From Phoronis australis (taxonomy: Eukaryota > Animalia > Phoronida), in NCBI GenBank assembly GCA_002633005.1, contig NMRA01000069.1:425740-489739 (forward strand): DNA of 64,000 nt, in the 5' to 3' direction. A model generated the notes under the pieces. That model had not been told where the DNA came from and ran no database searches. It was given only the letters and a program-made list of their open reading frames with translations. The position numbers and the translations under genes are program-made. Below, in pieces: positions 63,300 to 64,000 of this stretch; position 1 is the stretch's first letter, and each line of letters begins with the position of its first letter.

Positions 63300-63422
63300 C
63301 CACAAAAGCAGCTTCCCATCGTATGTTTGGTACAGTTGTCTGGTGTCCTGTACCATAGAAGAAATGAGAGGCAAGCAGGAACCAGGCAATAATGCTTGAT
63401 GTTGGCACATGTAGAGTCTCTC
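63300..63422 (-). CDS. PIGO: PIGO exon (not in ORF track)
   Basis: tcccag|GA...GTG G|gtgagt; ETLHVPTSSIIAWFLLASHFFYGTGHQTTVPNIRWEAAFV(G), with the conserved FYxTGHQ...IxWxAAFVG motif. Confidence 0.92.
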
Positions 63423-63925
63423 CTGGGAAATAACAAATTTGCTTGAAAATTTCTTAATGAAAGCTGCTAGAATTTATGCAGTGATAATAGTAATGTGAAG
63501 TGTAGCATTTTGCAAAAGTCGACATTGTGACTTCCAACATCTGAGGAATAAATTGTTCAATTTTTGACATAAGTGTGAGTGTATTTTCCGTGCTCTTTTT
63601 CAAAAACCTTGAATAACATGATTTGACTTCTGTTATGGCAGACATTTAGGATTTAAACATGGCTGCCACTATGATACGAGTTACCAGCACGCGGTAAAAA
63701 CAAGTAAAATTAGAAACTTTTTGAAAGTGCTGTGTTGAAACTGGAACACATGGGATATCACGACAGAAGAATAATTGTTTGCAGCCATATTGGAATCCAA
63801 GATATATGTAACTACATGGTTAAGGAAGGACATCAACGCATGAGTATGCAACAAAGAATGAAGTTGAGAATCTTTACGAGTATTCTGTGATTAAAGTAAC
63901 AAATCACTCACTAATGTGAACGTAC

Positions 63926-64000
63926 CTGGGTATAACACTGTGTAATAGGCATGAAGCTCCAACAACACAGCAGCACCGAGTGACCCCAGAATGAGACCAG
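63926..64000 (-). CDS. PIGO: PIGO exon, truncated by the window edge
   Basis: GLILGSLGAAVLLELHAYYTVLYP G|gtacgt; hydrophobic; phase-1 donor matches the 63422 acceptor. Confidence 0.75.

Noticed and set aside
36898-64000. Functional clustering of a GPI-anchored furin isoform with the GPI-biosynthesis gene PIGO
   Set aside because: Opposite strands, NGRN lies between them, and PIGO is a housekeeping gene. Nothing in the sequence suggests co-regulation, so it is probably coincidence.

Overview
AT-rich, intron- and transposon-rich animal DNA, probably a marine invertebrate (inferred from gene and repeat content). Most of the window (+ strand, 9568-46583) is a furin-type proprotein convertase gene. 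Its signal-peptide and early prodomain exons were not found and probably lie upstream of the window. Eleven exons splice in frame, from the RRVKR autocleavage site through the D/H/N/S catalytic residues into the P domain. The gene then forks into two alternative exons that each supply the last strand of the P domain. One (34801-~35214) leads to a Cys-rich/TM/cytosolic-tail exon, the classical TGN furin. The other (36898-37151) is a terminal exon ending in a GPI-anchor-like signal, a candidate GPI-anchored furin isoform and the main finding. Downstream are a neugrin (NGRN) gene (+) and the 3' end of a convergent PIGO gene (-). Three near-identical duplications each abut a single N and look like uncollapsed haplotypes. 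They expose three presence/absence transposon insertions. Also present: several MITE families, a 1.7-kb inverted-repeat element, a truncated LINE, a Penelope-like fragment, tRNA-derived SINE heads and minisatellites. All exon structures were inferred by eye from splice signals and reading-frame phase; no transcript data or database searches were used.
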